Source: Octopus sinensis (lineage: Eukaryota). From it: 64,000 nt of DNA. This document shows, piece by piece, positions 40,720-53,600 of the stretch (the stretch's first letter is position 1; the number at the start of each line of letters is the position of its first letter). The DNA lies in NCBI RefSeq assembly GCF_006345805.1, contig NC_042999.1:73656001-73720000 (forward strand), read 5' to 3'. The notes under the pieces are model-generated. The model was given only the letters and a program-made list of their open reading frames with translations. It made no database searches and was not told the origin of the DNA. The translations under genes were made by a program, and so were the position numbers.

Positions 40720-43700
40720 GCCGAATGTTGACCCAACAGAGGGATCAGCAATCCGAGTTGACAGTTCCTTAGTAGATAAGGCAATTAAAAGCATGAAAAC
40801 AGGGAAAGCCCCAGGCCCATCAGGAATTACTGCAGAGATGCTCAAAATATCTGGTAGTGTCGGCTATAGCCTAGTCACCCGTATAGTTAACCAGGTGATA
40901 CACGAAGGAGTCATTCCCAATGACTGGTGTAGCAGCATAATAGTCAACTGCTACAAAGGTAAAGGTGACGCCCTAGATACAAATAACTACAGGGGTATCA
41001 AGCTGCTGGATCAGGTAATGAAGGTTACGGAGAGGGCTATAGCCCAACTAATTAGAGAGAGAGTTAGCCTAGATCAGATGCAGTTTGGGTTCGTGCCAGG
41101 GAAAAGTACTACTGATGCTATTTTCATGGTAAGACAGCTGCAAGAGAAATACCTAGCCAAAGACAAGCCCATATACCTGGCTTTTGTTGATATGGAGAAA
41201 GCCTTCAACAGGGTCCCCCGATCCCTCATCTGGTGGTCAATGAGGAAACTAGGGATAGATGAATGGTTAGTGAAAGCTGTACAAGCCATGTACAGAGACG
41301 CTGCTAGTAAGGTGAGGGTTGGCACCGAGTACAGTGAAGAATTCAGGGTAGAGGTTGGGGTCCACCAAGGTTCAGTCCTCAGTCCCCTCCTATTTATCAT
41401 AGTCCTCCAGGCAATAACGGAGGAATTCAAGACAGGATGCCCCTGGGAGCTCCTCTATGCTGATGACCTTGCTCTAATTGCTGAGTCTCTATCAGAACTA
41501 GAGGAGAAGTTTCAGGTATGGAAACAAGGTTTAGAATCGAAGGGCCTTAGAATCAACCTAGCCAAAACCAAAGTCCTAATAAGTAGGAAGGTAGACCAAT
41601 CACAAACGCCTTCAGGTAGATGGCCCTGCTCGATCTGTAGAAAAGGTGTAGGTAGAAACTCTATAAGATGCACCAAGTGTAAGCTATGGACACATAAGAG
41701 GTGCAGCAATGTCAAAGGAAGGCTAACTAGGAAGATGGTTTTTGTCTGTGGCAGATGCTCAGGAACAATTAACACTGAAAATGCTCTGAGACCAACTTTC
41801 GTCACTTTCCAGGGAGAAAAGCTAGAAGTAGTTGATAGTTTCCGTTACCTAGGTGACCAAGTCAGTAGCGGGGGCGGGTGCGCTGAAAGTATAACTGCTA
41901 GAGTAAGAATAGCCTGGGCAAAGTTTAGAGAGCTCTTACCCCTGCTGGTGACAAAAGGCCTCTCGCTCAAAGTAAAAGGCAGACTGTATGATGCATGTGT
42001 ACGTACAGCCATGCTACATGGTAGTGAAACTTGGGCTGTGACTGCTGAGGATTTGCGTAAGCTCGCAAGAAATGAAGCTAGTGTTCATAATCGACAGAGT
42101 GTAAGTACCTTGAGAGAAAAGTTGAACCTAAGAAGCATCAGTTGTTGTGTGCAAGAGAGACGTATGCGCTGGTATGGTCATGTGATGAGAATGGCTGAAG
42201 ATAGTTGTGTGCGAAAGTGCCACACCCTGGCAGTTGAGGGGACCTGTGGAAGAGGTAGACCCAGGAAAACCTGGGTCGAGGCGGTGAAGCACGACCTTCG
42301 AACTTTAGGTCTCACCAAGGAAATGACCAGTGACCGAAACCTTTGGAGGTATGCTGTGCGTGAGAAAACCCGGCAAGACCAGTGAGAACAGTCAAAATCA
42401 AGATCAAACCAAATTGAGGTCGATCAACATCAGGGCCCCCGTGCAGGTGACACGTAAAAGTACCATCCGTTCGCCAGCCCTGTCTGGCCCCCGTGTCGGT
42501 GGCACGTAAAAGCACCATCCGTTCGTGTTCGTTGCCAGCCTGGCCTGGCCCCCGTGCCAGTGACACGTAAAAGCACCATCCGTTTGTGGCCGTTTGCCAG
42601 CTCTGTCTGGCCCCCATGCCGGTGATACGTAAAAGCACCATCCGTTCGTGGCCGTTTGCCAGCTCTGTCTGGCCCCCGTGCCAGTGACATGTAAAAGCAC
42701 CATCCGTTCGTGGCCATTTGCCAGCCCTGTCTGGCCCCCATGTCGGTGACATGTAAAAGCACCATCCGTTCGTGTCCGTTTGCCAGCCCTGCCTGCCCCC
42801 CGTGTCGGTGGCATGTAAAAGCACCATCCGTTCGTGCCCGTTGCCAGCCTTGCCTGGCCCCCGTGCCGGTGACACGTAAAAGCACCATCCGTTTCGTGGC
42901 CGTTTGCCAGCTCTGTCTGGCCCCCGTGTTGGTGGCACGTAAAAGCACCATCCGTTCGTGTCCGTTGCCAGCCTCGCCTGGCCCCCGTGCCGGTGACACG
43001 TAAAAGCACCATCCGTTCGTGGCCGTTTGCCAGCTCTGTCTGGCACCTGTGCAGGTGGCACGTAAAAAGCACCCACTACACTCACGGAGTGGTTGGCGTT
43101 AGGAAGGGCATCCAGCCGTAGAAACACTGCCAGATCTGACTGGGCCTGATGAAGCCTTCCAGCTTCACAGACCCCAGTTGAACCGTCCAACCCATGCTAG
43201 CATGGAGAACGGACGCTAAATGATGATGATGATGATATATATATATATATATATAATATATATATATATACACGACAGGCGCAGGAGTGGCTGTGTGGTA
43301 AGTAGCTTGCTAACCAACCTCATGGTTCCGGGTTCAGTCCCACTGCATGGCATCTTGGGCAAGTGTCTTCTGCTATAGCCCCGGGCCGACCAATGCCTTG
43401 TGAGTGGATTTGGTAGAGGGAAACTGAAAGAAGCCTGTCGTATATATATATATATGTATGTGTGTGTTTGTGTGTCTGTGTTTGTCCCCCTAGCATTGCT
43501 TGATAACCGATGCTGGTGTGTTTACGTCCCGTCACTTAGCGGTTCGGCAAAAAGAGACCGATAGAATAAGTACTGGGCTTACAAAGAATAAGTCCTGGGG
43601 TCGATTTGCTCGACTAAAGGCGGTGCTCCAGCATGGCCGCAGTCAAATGACTGAAACAAGTAAAAGAGTAAAGAGAAAAAGAGTATATATATATATATAT

Positions 43701-46242
43701 ATATATGTCCCCGTCACTTAGCGGTTCGGCAAAAAGGGACCGAGAGAATAAGTACTGGGCTTACAAAGAATAAGTCTCTGGTTCGATTTGCTCGACTAAA
43801 GGTGGTGCTCCAGCATGGCCCCAGTCAAATGACTGAAACAAGTGAAAGAGTAGACAATTATCCAACTCTTAAATTTTTTTAATTTTTAAATAACAAACCC
43901 AACTTCGAATCCTTAACTAGCAAAATACTAAAATGAAGGACTCTGTGATTTTCAAACCTACTGCAGAGTTAATATGCCAATACAGAAACATCCACTTCTT
44001 TGATAATGAAGGCAGTGAAGTGGCAGAGCCATTAAAGTGTTGGATACAATACTGCAGTGTATTTGTTCTGACTGTTCTGAGAACAAATCTTGAGTGGGTC
44101 AATTTTGCCTTTTATCTTTTCAGCCTTGATACTTTTACTATCTTTTAGATAGTATCAATACAAAGCATAGATTGGTGAAACTGCTAAAAGATCTGACTAG
44201 ATGCCTTGTGGTGTTCCAGTTCACTGTTTTTTGACAGCAGCAGCTATAACAAAACTGGTACCTAGTTGTATCAACTAAAATTAGTAGCCTTTCTCTTCAG
44301 TAAACACCAGTGGAGTACAAAGAAAAGATTTGTATGCATGAGAAACAAGCCTTCCTTAAAACAAAATCTTGCATAGACCAGCACATCCATGTGCAAATGC
44401 ATGATCAATGTTGATGGAAGGAGGCCCTGCATGAGTAAGAGTATGAGAGAGTGAATGAGTAAAGGAGTGTACAAGTCAGAGTGTAAGTGTATGTAAATGA
44501 ATGTGTTATTGCTGCTGTAATGTGACAAATGAAATTTTAGGAACAGTAGGAGTCAAGCTTGCTATACAGCATCTTCCACATCACATGATTTAGCATTCCA
44601 AGACCAGCATGTTTTGTTTTGTTTCTATCAATGCAGTCTTTATTATTGCTACTTAGCACTAGCCACTACAATCAAAAATGCTTTTTTTTTTCTTTTTTTT
44701 TTTAGATAATCTGAACTACATTATCTAAAATTTCCTTTCTTTTTAAGCTGTAATTTGAGAAAGTTTTGGCTATTTTTAGAATATCAAGTAACTGCATAAA
44801 GGACTCTTTTTAGCTCAAACAATCAATGTTTGTCACAGTAGGCCAAAACAAGAAAATACTCAACTACTTTCAGCATGATCTCTTCATTTAGTACCTTGAT
44901 AGGTCTTTTCATATGATTTTAAAAAAATAATTGCAATTAACTCTAAGTTGATTAGCCAGAGTAATTGTTTCTGCACTTGCTCTTGATCCTACCATACACA
45001 TACTTACAGAGTATATACACATATATGCTCACAAAACATTGAGTCACAAATGTATCTATAACCACTCCATTTTCTAGCTTTAACCTAGTTTTCAAAAGAG
45101 AATTTTTTTTGTGTTTGTTCAACAGAGCGTTGATCTGCTTAAGATTTGTCTGAATTATTGTGATATTTTTTAACACACCTTAAAAATTACCTAATAAATC
45201 AGTATGACACATTTAAACTTTCCCTCACAAAAATTAAAAGCTTAAGCTAATTGATTTAATTTGTTGGATTAATTAATTCAATTTTTTCTTAGCTAAATGT
45301 TTCAGATTTAAAAACAAAGTAATACTTCTATAGATTTTTCAACACATTTTAAAAATCAAGATCAGCAGAAACTAATTGAATATAGCTGTTGAAAGCAAGT
45401 AAGGGAGCTCCTATATGGTTAATCAATCTTCTAGGAATAGCCAAATTTCTCTAAGACAACAAACTATTGAAAAAATGCAAGATACACTGAACAGCTCTAG
45501 TTATACTATGCTTGAAAAAATATGGAATTGTCAAGTTTGGAATGCTTATACTCATAAATTTGCTCAATTAGAATTGACGGAGTTAAATAACAACCACCAC
45601 CATTTGTTATTTTACTAGTCATTCATGTAGAAGTCTTTCCTTATGTACTTATTAAAAACTCACAAAGAAAATTAAACTATGCACTAGCTGCCCACGAGGT
45701 GTTACTTGAATTTCAACGAAACTTTCTAGTTTGTGTTAAATGATTACTTCTTGAAATGTATGTTTAAACATGCTTCTTTACAATTATTTTTTTCAGCAAG
45801 GCTCTCTCAAATGTATCCTGAATTACAACATTGGTTTGAAAAATACTTAAAGCAAAATATTTAGAAGTTTTAAAGGCAAATCAACTAGCACTCGTCATAT
45901 TAAACAATACATATCTTGGAAATGCTGTTATTAAAGGCAGCTACTACTACTATTTGAGCAATTTTTAATACAGTGAGTTTCTTAAAAGAACAACTTCTAG
46001 TTTTGCCAAGCAATTTCTTCAAAGTATCTACCTTTGCTACAATTATTTATATTGTCATAAAATGACACCAGAAATCTTTATGATTTGTTTTAACCAACAA
46101 CAACTTTATAGTATTCTCTAATGCAAAAGATTAAAAAAAAAAAGAAATGATAATGATGATAAATGCATTTTAGGTTCACCAAGTAAAAAAGATTCAGCTT
46201 GAAAAAATTAATGCAATACAAAATTTCACTTAGCTCATTAAT

Positions 46243-46305
<63 letters not shown>

Positions 46306-47606
46306 TATATATATATATCCCTCGCCTCCATATGACCAACAAGCAACACTGCACTAATATATAATAGATAGATTTAATGAGCTTCATAAGAGGTTTAATT
46401 TTTGTGATAAGGAAATAATAATCACATGAACAAAGTAATCTAGCTACCTCATTTTACCAACATAAAACCACTTGGAATGAAGATATTTTGATAGGCACCT
46501 AAAAGGTAAAAAAAAAAAATCATCTAGCCACAGTTGTTATTCAACCCATCAACAAGTATACTGTCCAATCTGTCTCACTTGATGTCATCATCATCTAGTC
46601 TGATTAAGTAATCACACTCTAAATAGAAAAATAATTTTAATCTATTCAGATTTAATTTAGCATGAAGCTATAACATTATGAGGAGAACAATACAAAGCTA
46701 TACCCTTTTCCATGTAGTTCCAACCTATAATCAAAACCAGGTTACAGATTTCATTTGCCAAGAATTTACATGCATGTCACTCAGTTTTACTAACAGCCAC
46801 TTAACTGACAGAATAGAATTCTCTCTCTACCTCTCTTAATAATATTTTACTGTCAGAACTACAGCAGTCTGTTGTCATCATTATCATCATTTATATCCAA
46901 TTCCCATACTGGCATGCACTGGATAGTCATTTATACTCTCTTAGATGGGTTTGAAGGCTACATCTTGCTCATAAGTTGGCTTGGTTTTCATAGTTGGATA
47001 CCTTTGCAAATGGCATCCACTTTACAGAGTGTACTGGGTACATTGTTTCAGGTCACCAGTACTAGAGACTTGTTTTGCCTTTGACAAAACTAAAGAGTTC
47101 TTAACCCTACACTTCGAGTGAACTGGATACATTTCATTTTGGCACTAGCACCAGGAGAGAGATAAAGAGATGACAAATAACAAGAGGTAGATAAATGATG
47201 AAAGTCATTGATGGAAGAGGATATCAATTGTCCACCAAGGAGTAAATGGAAAGCGTATGAGGTATATGCATGTCTGTTGAAGTTGCTTAAGTCTATACCT
47301 AAAGATGATGAAAGATAGGGTAGAGAGGGAAGAGTGATGTAGTAGAGAGTGGATCTGATAGGTAGGCCTAGTTACACTGGAAACAATGTATACTGAATTG
47401 AAGAGATCCACTGCTCTCCTTAGTCACATCACCAGCATAATACATAGGGTGACAAGAAAGAGTGACCAAAGCAAACAATAGGGACATGAGTGCTAGAAGT
47501 ATGAATGATAAAAACAAAAGCCATAGAGAGATTGGTGAAAGTGGCATAGGTGACAGATGGACAAATAGGTGTTTTACTGGCTGAGAGGCTATCAAGGATG
47601 GTGGGG

Positions 47607-47646
<40 letters not shown>

Positions 47647-50600
47647 AAGTGAAACATGTGGCGGAACAGCTAAGCTACATAGCAGTGAAACGTGTATGAA
47701 CAGCCATACTACATGGTAGTGAAACATGGGCCGTGACTGCTGAAGACATGCGTAAGCTCGCAAGGAATGAAGCCAGTATGCTCCGCTGGATGTGTAATGT
47801 CAGTGTGCATACTCGACAGAATGTAAGTACCTTGAGAGAAAAGTTGGACCTAAGAAGCATCAGATGTGGTGTGCAAGAGAGACAACTGCGCTGGTATGGT
47901 CATGTGGTAAGAATGGATGAGGATAGCTGTGTGAAAAAGTGCCACAACCTAGCGGTTGAGGGAAACTGTGGAAGAGGTAGACCCAGGAAGACCGAGACCT
48001 TTGGAAATGTGCAGTGCTTGAGAAAACCTGGCAAGCCAAGTGAGACCATAACCCGTAGCCTATGCCAGGGGTGTAACCAGCCCACTTATGTGTACCTTTC
48101 CTTCAGTGAACACTAAACTCTGGTTGCGAAGACCTGTTGAGACAAGTGAAATCAAATCAAATTTGATGACTTGCACTCATGCCAGTGGAGTGCTAAGAGC
48201 GCCATCCGAGTGTGATTGTTGCGAGAGCAGCCGACTGGCTTCCATGTCGGTGGCACGTAAAAATGCCAGTGGCATGTGAAAAAACATTTAAGCAAGGTCA
48301 TTGCCAGTGCTTCTGGACTGGCTCTAGTGCAGGCAGCACTTAAAAAACACCATTTGAGTGTGGCCATTGCCAGTACCGCCTGACTGGTCCTCGTGCCGGT
48401 GGCATGTAAAAGCACCCACTACACTCTTGGAGTGGTTGGCGTTAGAAAGGGCATCAAGCTGTAGAAACTTTGCCAGATCAGATTGGATCCTGGTGCAGCC
48501 ATCTGGTTCGCCAGTCCTCAGTCAAATCATCCAACCCATGCTAGCATGGGAAGTGGATGTTAAACGATGATGATGATATATCAGTTGGATAGAGTTAAAA
48601 CATGGTCTGGTTTTCACATTTTTTTAAAATACCATAATAAAAACGTGAAAACCAGACCAAGTTTTAACTTTATTGAACTGATATAATATTCTATACACAT
48701 TTACACAAATTTGGAAAAAATATTTATACACACACACATATGTATATATATATAAGGATGCATATATGTTTATATGTACATATACTTAAAAGTTGTGACC
48801 TCAGGCATGACTATTTTACTTTTATTTGTTTCAGTCATTTGATTGCTGCCATGCTGGAGCACTGCCTTTAGTCGATCAAATCAACCCCAGGACTCAGTCT
48901 TTGTAAGCCTAGTACTTATTCTATCAATCTCTTTTGCCAAACTGCTAAGTTACAGGGACATAAATATACCAGTATCAGCTGTCAAGCAATGGTGGGGGGG
49001 GTCAAACACAGACACACACAAAACAAGAGAGAAGATGGAATACGGCATTCAACCAGTCTAATCTTGGATATTTTTATCCCCCTGAGGTTCATATCCTCAT
49101 TTGTACCTTGATCTGCATTATATATATATATAAATTGGGCTTCTTTCAGTTTCCATCTATCAAATCTACTCATACAGCTTTGGCTGGCCCAAGGCTCTAG
49201 AAGAAGGCACTTGCTCAAGGTGTCACGCAATGGGACTGAACGTAGAACCATGTGGTTCGTAAGCAAGCTACTTACCACACAGCCACTCCTGTGTCTGTGT
49301 ATAGAAAGTTTATTTCCCTACCACATGACTTTGGATTCAGTCCCACCACATGGTATCTTGAACAAGTGCCTTGTACTATAGCTCTAAGCTGACCAAAGCT
49401 TTGTGAGTGGATTTGATAGATGGAAACTGAAAAGAATCCTGTCATGTGTGTGTGTGTGTGTGTGTCTTTTCACACTTGTGCCCCACCACTGCTTGACAAC
49501 TGGTATTGGTTTGTTTACATTCCTGTAACTTAGCGGTTTAGCAAAAAGAAACTGATACAATAAGTACCAGGCTTAAAAAAAAATAAACACTGGGCTCGAT
49601 TTGTTTGACAAAATCCTTCAAGGTGGTGCCCCAGCATAGCCACAGTAACTGAAACAAGGAAAATAACAGATATAAATGGAAGGAGACAGTTATCTTTGTA
49701 TGTGATAGATGCACGGGGACAGTAAGCACTAAAGACACAAGGGAATAAGATTTTCTCAAATACCTAAGAGGCTCTTTTGAGGTTGTAACAGTTTCTGTTA
49801 CCAAGCTGATCAAATTAGCAGTGGATAAGGGTGTTCTGAAAGTATTGTTACTAGAATAAATTTGAATGGTGGAAGTTCTGAGAGCTATTACCTCTGTTGG
49901 CAACAAAATGATTCTCTCAGAGTGAAAAGCAGATTGTATGCTGTTTGTGTACAAATGGCTATGCTCCGTGGTAATGAAACTTGGGCTTACATGCAGAGGA
50001 CATGTGAAGACTGGTAAAAATCATTATTTAGTTAGAGGAGAGCAATAACTATGATCTTTGCAGTTCTTCCCAGATAGTTCTAGGAATAAAAGTTTGAAAT
50101 TTTAGTGCAGGTTTGGTGGAGGTGATTAAATAGGTGTATCAAGTGAACCCAAGCAGATGTGGTGTATAGCTTGCTAGTTCTGAAATGAAGAGGCCCTTAA
50201 AAATTAGTAGATGAAGTTTGAGAAGAAATAGCACATCTGTTGACTAGTGGTTCTAACCATGTTGATGAGAAAATCTCAGTCAAGAATCACTTGGGATTTT
50301 TTTTCTTAAGATGGCGTTAGGAAGGGCATCCAGCCGTAGAAACACTGCCAGATTTGACTGGGCCTGATGAAGCCTTCTGGCTTCACAGACCCCAGTAGAA
50401 CCGTCCAACCCATGCTAGCATGGAAAACGGACGCTAAACGATGATGATGATGCTTTAATAGATTTTAACATGTTGGTGTGCTTAGCAGCTTCAGTATTGT
50501 ATGTCTGAGTGGTATGCTAATAAGGGTCACAATTGAGCTTTGCACTGATTTACTAACCCATCAAGATTATAGTATTTTCTAATTTTTAAGAAACCTGGTT

Positions 50601-53600
50601 GTCTTTAAGGTATAGTTTGGCAACATTATGCAAATGAAACAACAATGAGATTTCAGAGACTTTGTTGCCTGGCATTTGCAATTACTCAAATTTTGAGAAA
50701 GAGAGAGAGTCTTAGTACTATTGAAGAGAAGTCATGCACTCATTGAAGAATGTTTTCTAAGTGTCTGTTCATGATGGTTCTCATGCAAAATAGGAGGATA
50801 TTTTTGATGTCTGTTCTGGCTTCAGGTAGAAATATCTAACACTTTATGCTGTTCACTTTGTTAATAATAAAGATTTTTGGCTTTGTCTGAAATGTTGGCT
50901 GTTTTATCTTGTAACATATTAACATGTCAAACTTATTTATTTTTACTTTTCCTGGCCTCCTTTCCTATAATACACTAACACATAAATAGCTGCAAAAATT
51001 TAAATAATATTACTTAACTCTCTCACATGGCAATATATATATTTCTAATGTAATATGCTGCCTGTATGTATCACAGTAAGTTATAAAAAAAATAACCACA
51101 AATATTAAAAGGCATTGGTAAACTTTTTGTTTTTCATTATTCAACTGGTGTTTTGAATATTAAAAAAAAAACAATTCATTATAAAACTAAAACCTTCCAC
51201 AATAATTCCATATAATTCAAAACAGTACATTTTGAATTATATGAAATTACTGTGGAAGTATATGTTTGTGATTGTGTATTGGGCAAACATTTAGAGATAT
51301 ATGTATATAGTGATCCAGCATATGAATCACAGTTTAATTTTGCTGAAACTACAAAAATGATTTTTGACAATGAATCAAAATGCAAAGACATCATTTTAAG
51401 ATTAAGCACATGTTGCCTTTCTGAACCAAGCAGTAGAACATAAATACATTAAATCTCATGGGTTGAATGGGTAGTCATGAACCAAGTCAGTTCTTATTTG
51501 GAGTTAATGCTCTACTAAATGGTTCAGAGTTTGTTTTCTATCGCTGGATTACCTCCCAAGTGTTACAGAATATATTGTTACAGGCTGATGCTAGTACTGC
51601 CTGACTGACACCTGTGCCAGTGGCACATAAAAAGCACCATTTGAGTGTGGTTGATGCCAGCCCCACCAGACTGGCTCCCATGCCAGTGACACATAAAAAG
51701 CATCATATGAGCGAGATTGATGCTAGCATCACCTGACTGATCGTTGTCAGTGCCACCTGACTGGCTACCGTGACGGTGACACGTAAAAATCACCATTTGA
51801 GCGTGGTCAATGCCAGTACCATCTGACTGGCCCCGGTGCTGGTGGCACATAAAAAGCACCTACAACACTCTCGGAGTGGTTAGCATTAAGAAGGGCACCC
51901 AGCTGTAGAAACCTTGCCAGATCAGATTGCAGCCTGGTGCAGTTTCCTGGCTTGCCAGTCTTTAGTCAAACCATCTAACCCATACCAGCAAAGAAAGCAG
52001 ACATTAAAAGATGATGATGATGATTGGCTGCATTATACTGTGCTCTCAATACTACAGATGTTGTCATGCCTTTAAGACAAGACTAATGAATCTTCTCTAT
52101 CTCCATTCATTCATCAACCACTTTACAGAGTGTTCTGTACCTATTTTATCATCTCATCAGTTCTAAGGAAGTTGTTTCATCCCCAGCAAGACTAAAGACT
52201 TGTCCTTATCTTACATCGTTAGCTTACCAGAAGGTTACCTCATTCCCAGCTGAGAGAAAAGAGAGTGATGAAAGGACAAGAAAGAGGAAATTGGATAGAA
52301 AGAACATGAGGCACAATAGGGGAAGAGAGAGTGGGTGATAGGAGGGAGACTGCAAGTAACAGAACAGGAAGTGAGAAAATGCTGAGGGAAAGAGTGTACT
52401 GGAGAAAAGAGAGTACTGGGTTAGAATGATGATGAGAGAGCATGATGGAGGAGAGAGAAAGAGTGATAGGTGTCAACAATGAGTGATAGAGAAAGGAGTA
52501 ATACAAGTAGGGTAAAGATGGGTTCAAGTACGATAGTAAAAGTAATGGATGTCAAAAATAAATGACATGAAAGATATAGACAGGATGTGAGGGATATTTG
52601 AGGATACTTAGTTATCAGTATATTACTTTCTTGATAGCAAATAAAAAGTTTTCTTTCAGTTCCCCATAGCAGATAGAATGCCAGCACAAGAAATGAAAAG
52701 ATATGAAGCCTCTGTTACATATGTGCAGAACACAACAATTAGTAAATTGCAAACTTTCTCAGCCTTGCAAGATCTTTTGTACACAAAGTTCAGATAAGCC
52801 TCTGACAGGAATGTTTCAACTGTATTAAAGAGAGAATAAAAAACATTCTAGACGTCCAGGCACTTATAAGAACACTGCAATTCATCCACTGGGTTGAAAA
52901 CATTGATAATGATCCCAGCACAGAAAAAAAAACACTTGATCTAAGCCAGGCAATTACTTAACAAGGTTAAAAACCTTCACGCATGCTAGTTTTTTTAATT
53001 AATTTCTCTTCTCTGAAGAGAAAAACTTTGACCAAGACCAAAAATCTAACAGAAGTGACAGTTTGTACAGATCCTTCTGTTTCCAAAATGATGTACACTA
53101 AGTTTACAGTAACTGTGATAGTTTTAGGAGTGGTGAGTGACGAAGCCTTTGTCATAATATCTTACATCTTAGAGTCTTAGAAGTAATGTTGCTGGATTTG
53201 TTGAGGTGCTTGAGACAGGTATTAAGGATGGGTGAAGTATAAAGTGAAAGGCCATGTATGCTTCAACAAGACTCAGTATCTGCTCACAAGACCCACATAA
53301 TCTAGGAATGAATGTCAAACAATATTTACTATCATATAACACCAAATTTGTGTATTCCAAACTTGCCAGATGTAAATCACACGGACTATTACAATTGGAG
53401 CATTGCTGAAAGGGAGATTAATCAATATCCTCACAATACCCTAGCTTCAATGAAGGCTACCATTGCCCGGGTGATGTCCAAATGAATTGAAGCAGTTATT
53501 GAAACAAATGGTGGACCCATAGAATAATCTTATAAGAAAGTTTATCAAGAACATGTGCACAAATTTTTATTAAAATAAATTTGTTTTTTGCAAGATTACA

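Larger units (their letters stand above)
40715..43235 (+). mobile_element. 5'-truncated RTE-clade LINE (RT region, 3'UTR tandem array, (TGA)n tail), antisense to the host gene
   Basis: Open frame with [61 protein letters not shown]; no endonuclease domain; short tandem-repeat tail typical of RTE. Confidence 0.95.

Noticed and set aside
42433-43075. CRISPR-like array, and the overlapping 189-292 aa ORFs
   Set aside because: Whole units are homologous (no unique spacers), there are no cas genes, and the context is a eukaryotic LINE 3'UTR; the ORFs are repeat translations.
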